The notes beneath the pieces are model-generated. The model was not told the DNA's origin. It saw nothing but the letters and a program-made list of their open reading frames with translations, and made no database searches. Source: Dipteris shenzhenensis (lineage: Eukaryota). Taken from it: a stretch of DNA of 64,000 nt. Position 1 is the stretch's first letter; every line of letters starts with the position of its first letter. The position numbers and the translations under genes are program-made. Location of the stretch: the NCBI GenBank assembly GCA_047967505.1, contig CM106538.1. One strand, written 5' to 3'. Positions 63,143 through 64,000 of this stretch are shown here, piece by piece.

Positions 63143-64000
63143 TGAATTAAAGATTGCTTCCACTGATGTAGCCCACTCTTTTATTCATAGGTAGATGTGC
63201 GACAAGATAGACGACCTCCTACTCATGCTTACCAGCCTTGTTGCAGGCTCTACAAGCTATAGACTCAAAGACTGACTCATGTATGGATTCTAGAGAAAGA
63301 TGGACTTGCTTTGCGAGTCGCGACACACCACGAGCTACTCGAGAGTCGACTCTCATGAGCAATTCAACCTACCCAATCTGGGCCTGCGCAGGCCAAAAAG
63401 AAGCAACTAGACCGCCATCCTCCCGGTCTTGTAGGAGCCAACGTCCATTCGCATCATGAACAGTTGCATGCTTACCATGCAGGATCCAAATGGTAGCCAT
63501 GCATTGCCCAGCTGCCATGCCACATGATTCATGTACTACACAAGCCATTGAACACGTAGTAGAGCCGAATCTCCATGAGTCGATGATGTCTGCCAACTAA
63601 TGAGCCTAAGGGCCCTTCCACCCTTCCAATCATTTAGCCAATAAGACAAGCCCCCTGGAGCAGATTTCCTAACATTCCCCCCCAAATCTGAGTAGGGGAG
63701 AAACACCAAACAAGAACAATCTTGCGATATCAAACTTTAACCTGAAAAACTGAGCCACCGAAATCTTCTAAATAGACTAAAGGATGATCTACCCACGAAG
63801 AGCCAAGGCCAAATATAAACAATTGCATGCTTACGAAAGTTCTATAATGCCTTGTCATGATCATCAATTTGTGTTTCCAAAAGTCTTGCAGGTTCATTTG
63901 GATGTCCATCAACTATACACACCTTTTCTTTGGAGTTCCCAAGCTGCTTATCTTTCGATTGTTTGTAGAGAAACCATTCAGTATGGCCTTCCTTCCCACA
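63141..64000 (-). mobile_element. 3' end of an LTR retrotransposon (LTR about 63141-63674)
   Basis: On the minus strand, PPT ggggggaa is immediately followed by TGTTAGGAAA at 63674, and the LTR probably ends ...TCACA at 63141. Confidence 0.6.

Overview
Eukaryotic land-plant nuclear DNA, repeat-rich; a fern-like source is inferred from the PLS-PPR style and the RTE-X-like LINE but cannot be proven here. No clearly intact host gene is present. In order: (1) the 3' end of a transposon accessory gene, followed by TAGGAA-rich repeats that enclose a frameshifted, intron-containing R2R3-MYB gene (1-2.8 kb); (2) an old L1 remnant; (3) a decayed CMC/EnSpm(CACTA)-like DNA transposon with an atypical transposase and a multi-exon second gene paralogous to the fragment at the window start (about 8.5-19 kb); (4) small foldback/MITE elements; (5) two rearranged copies of an unclassified repeat carrying a conserved small ORF, one with a coiled-coil + RING-H2 pseudogene (21.8-32 kb); (6) an L1 LINE with a nested inverted LINE fragment; (7) a pseudogenised PLS-E PPR gene next to a truncated Copia; (8) several LTR remnants and a tail-to-tail pair of RTE/RTE-X-like LINEs. 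The best novelty candidates are the MYB-carrying CMC-like family and the RING-H2-encoding element. All calls are by eye and boundaries are approximate unless a motif is quoted.
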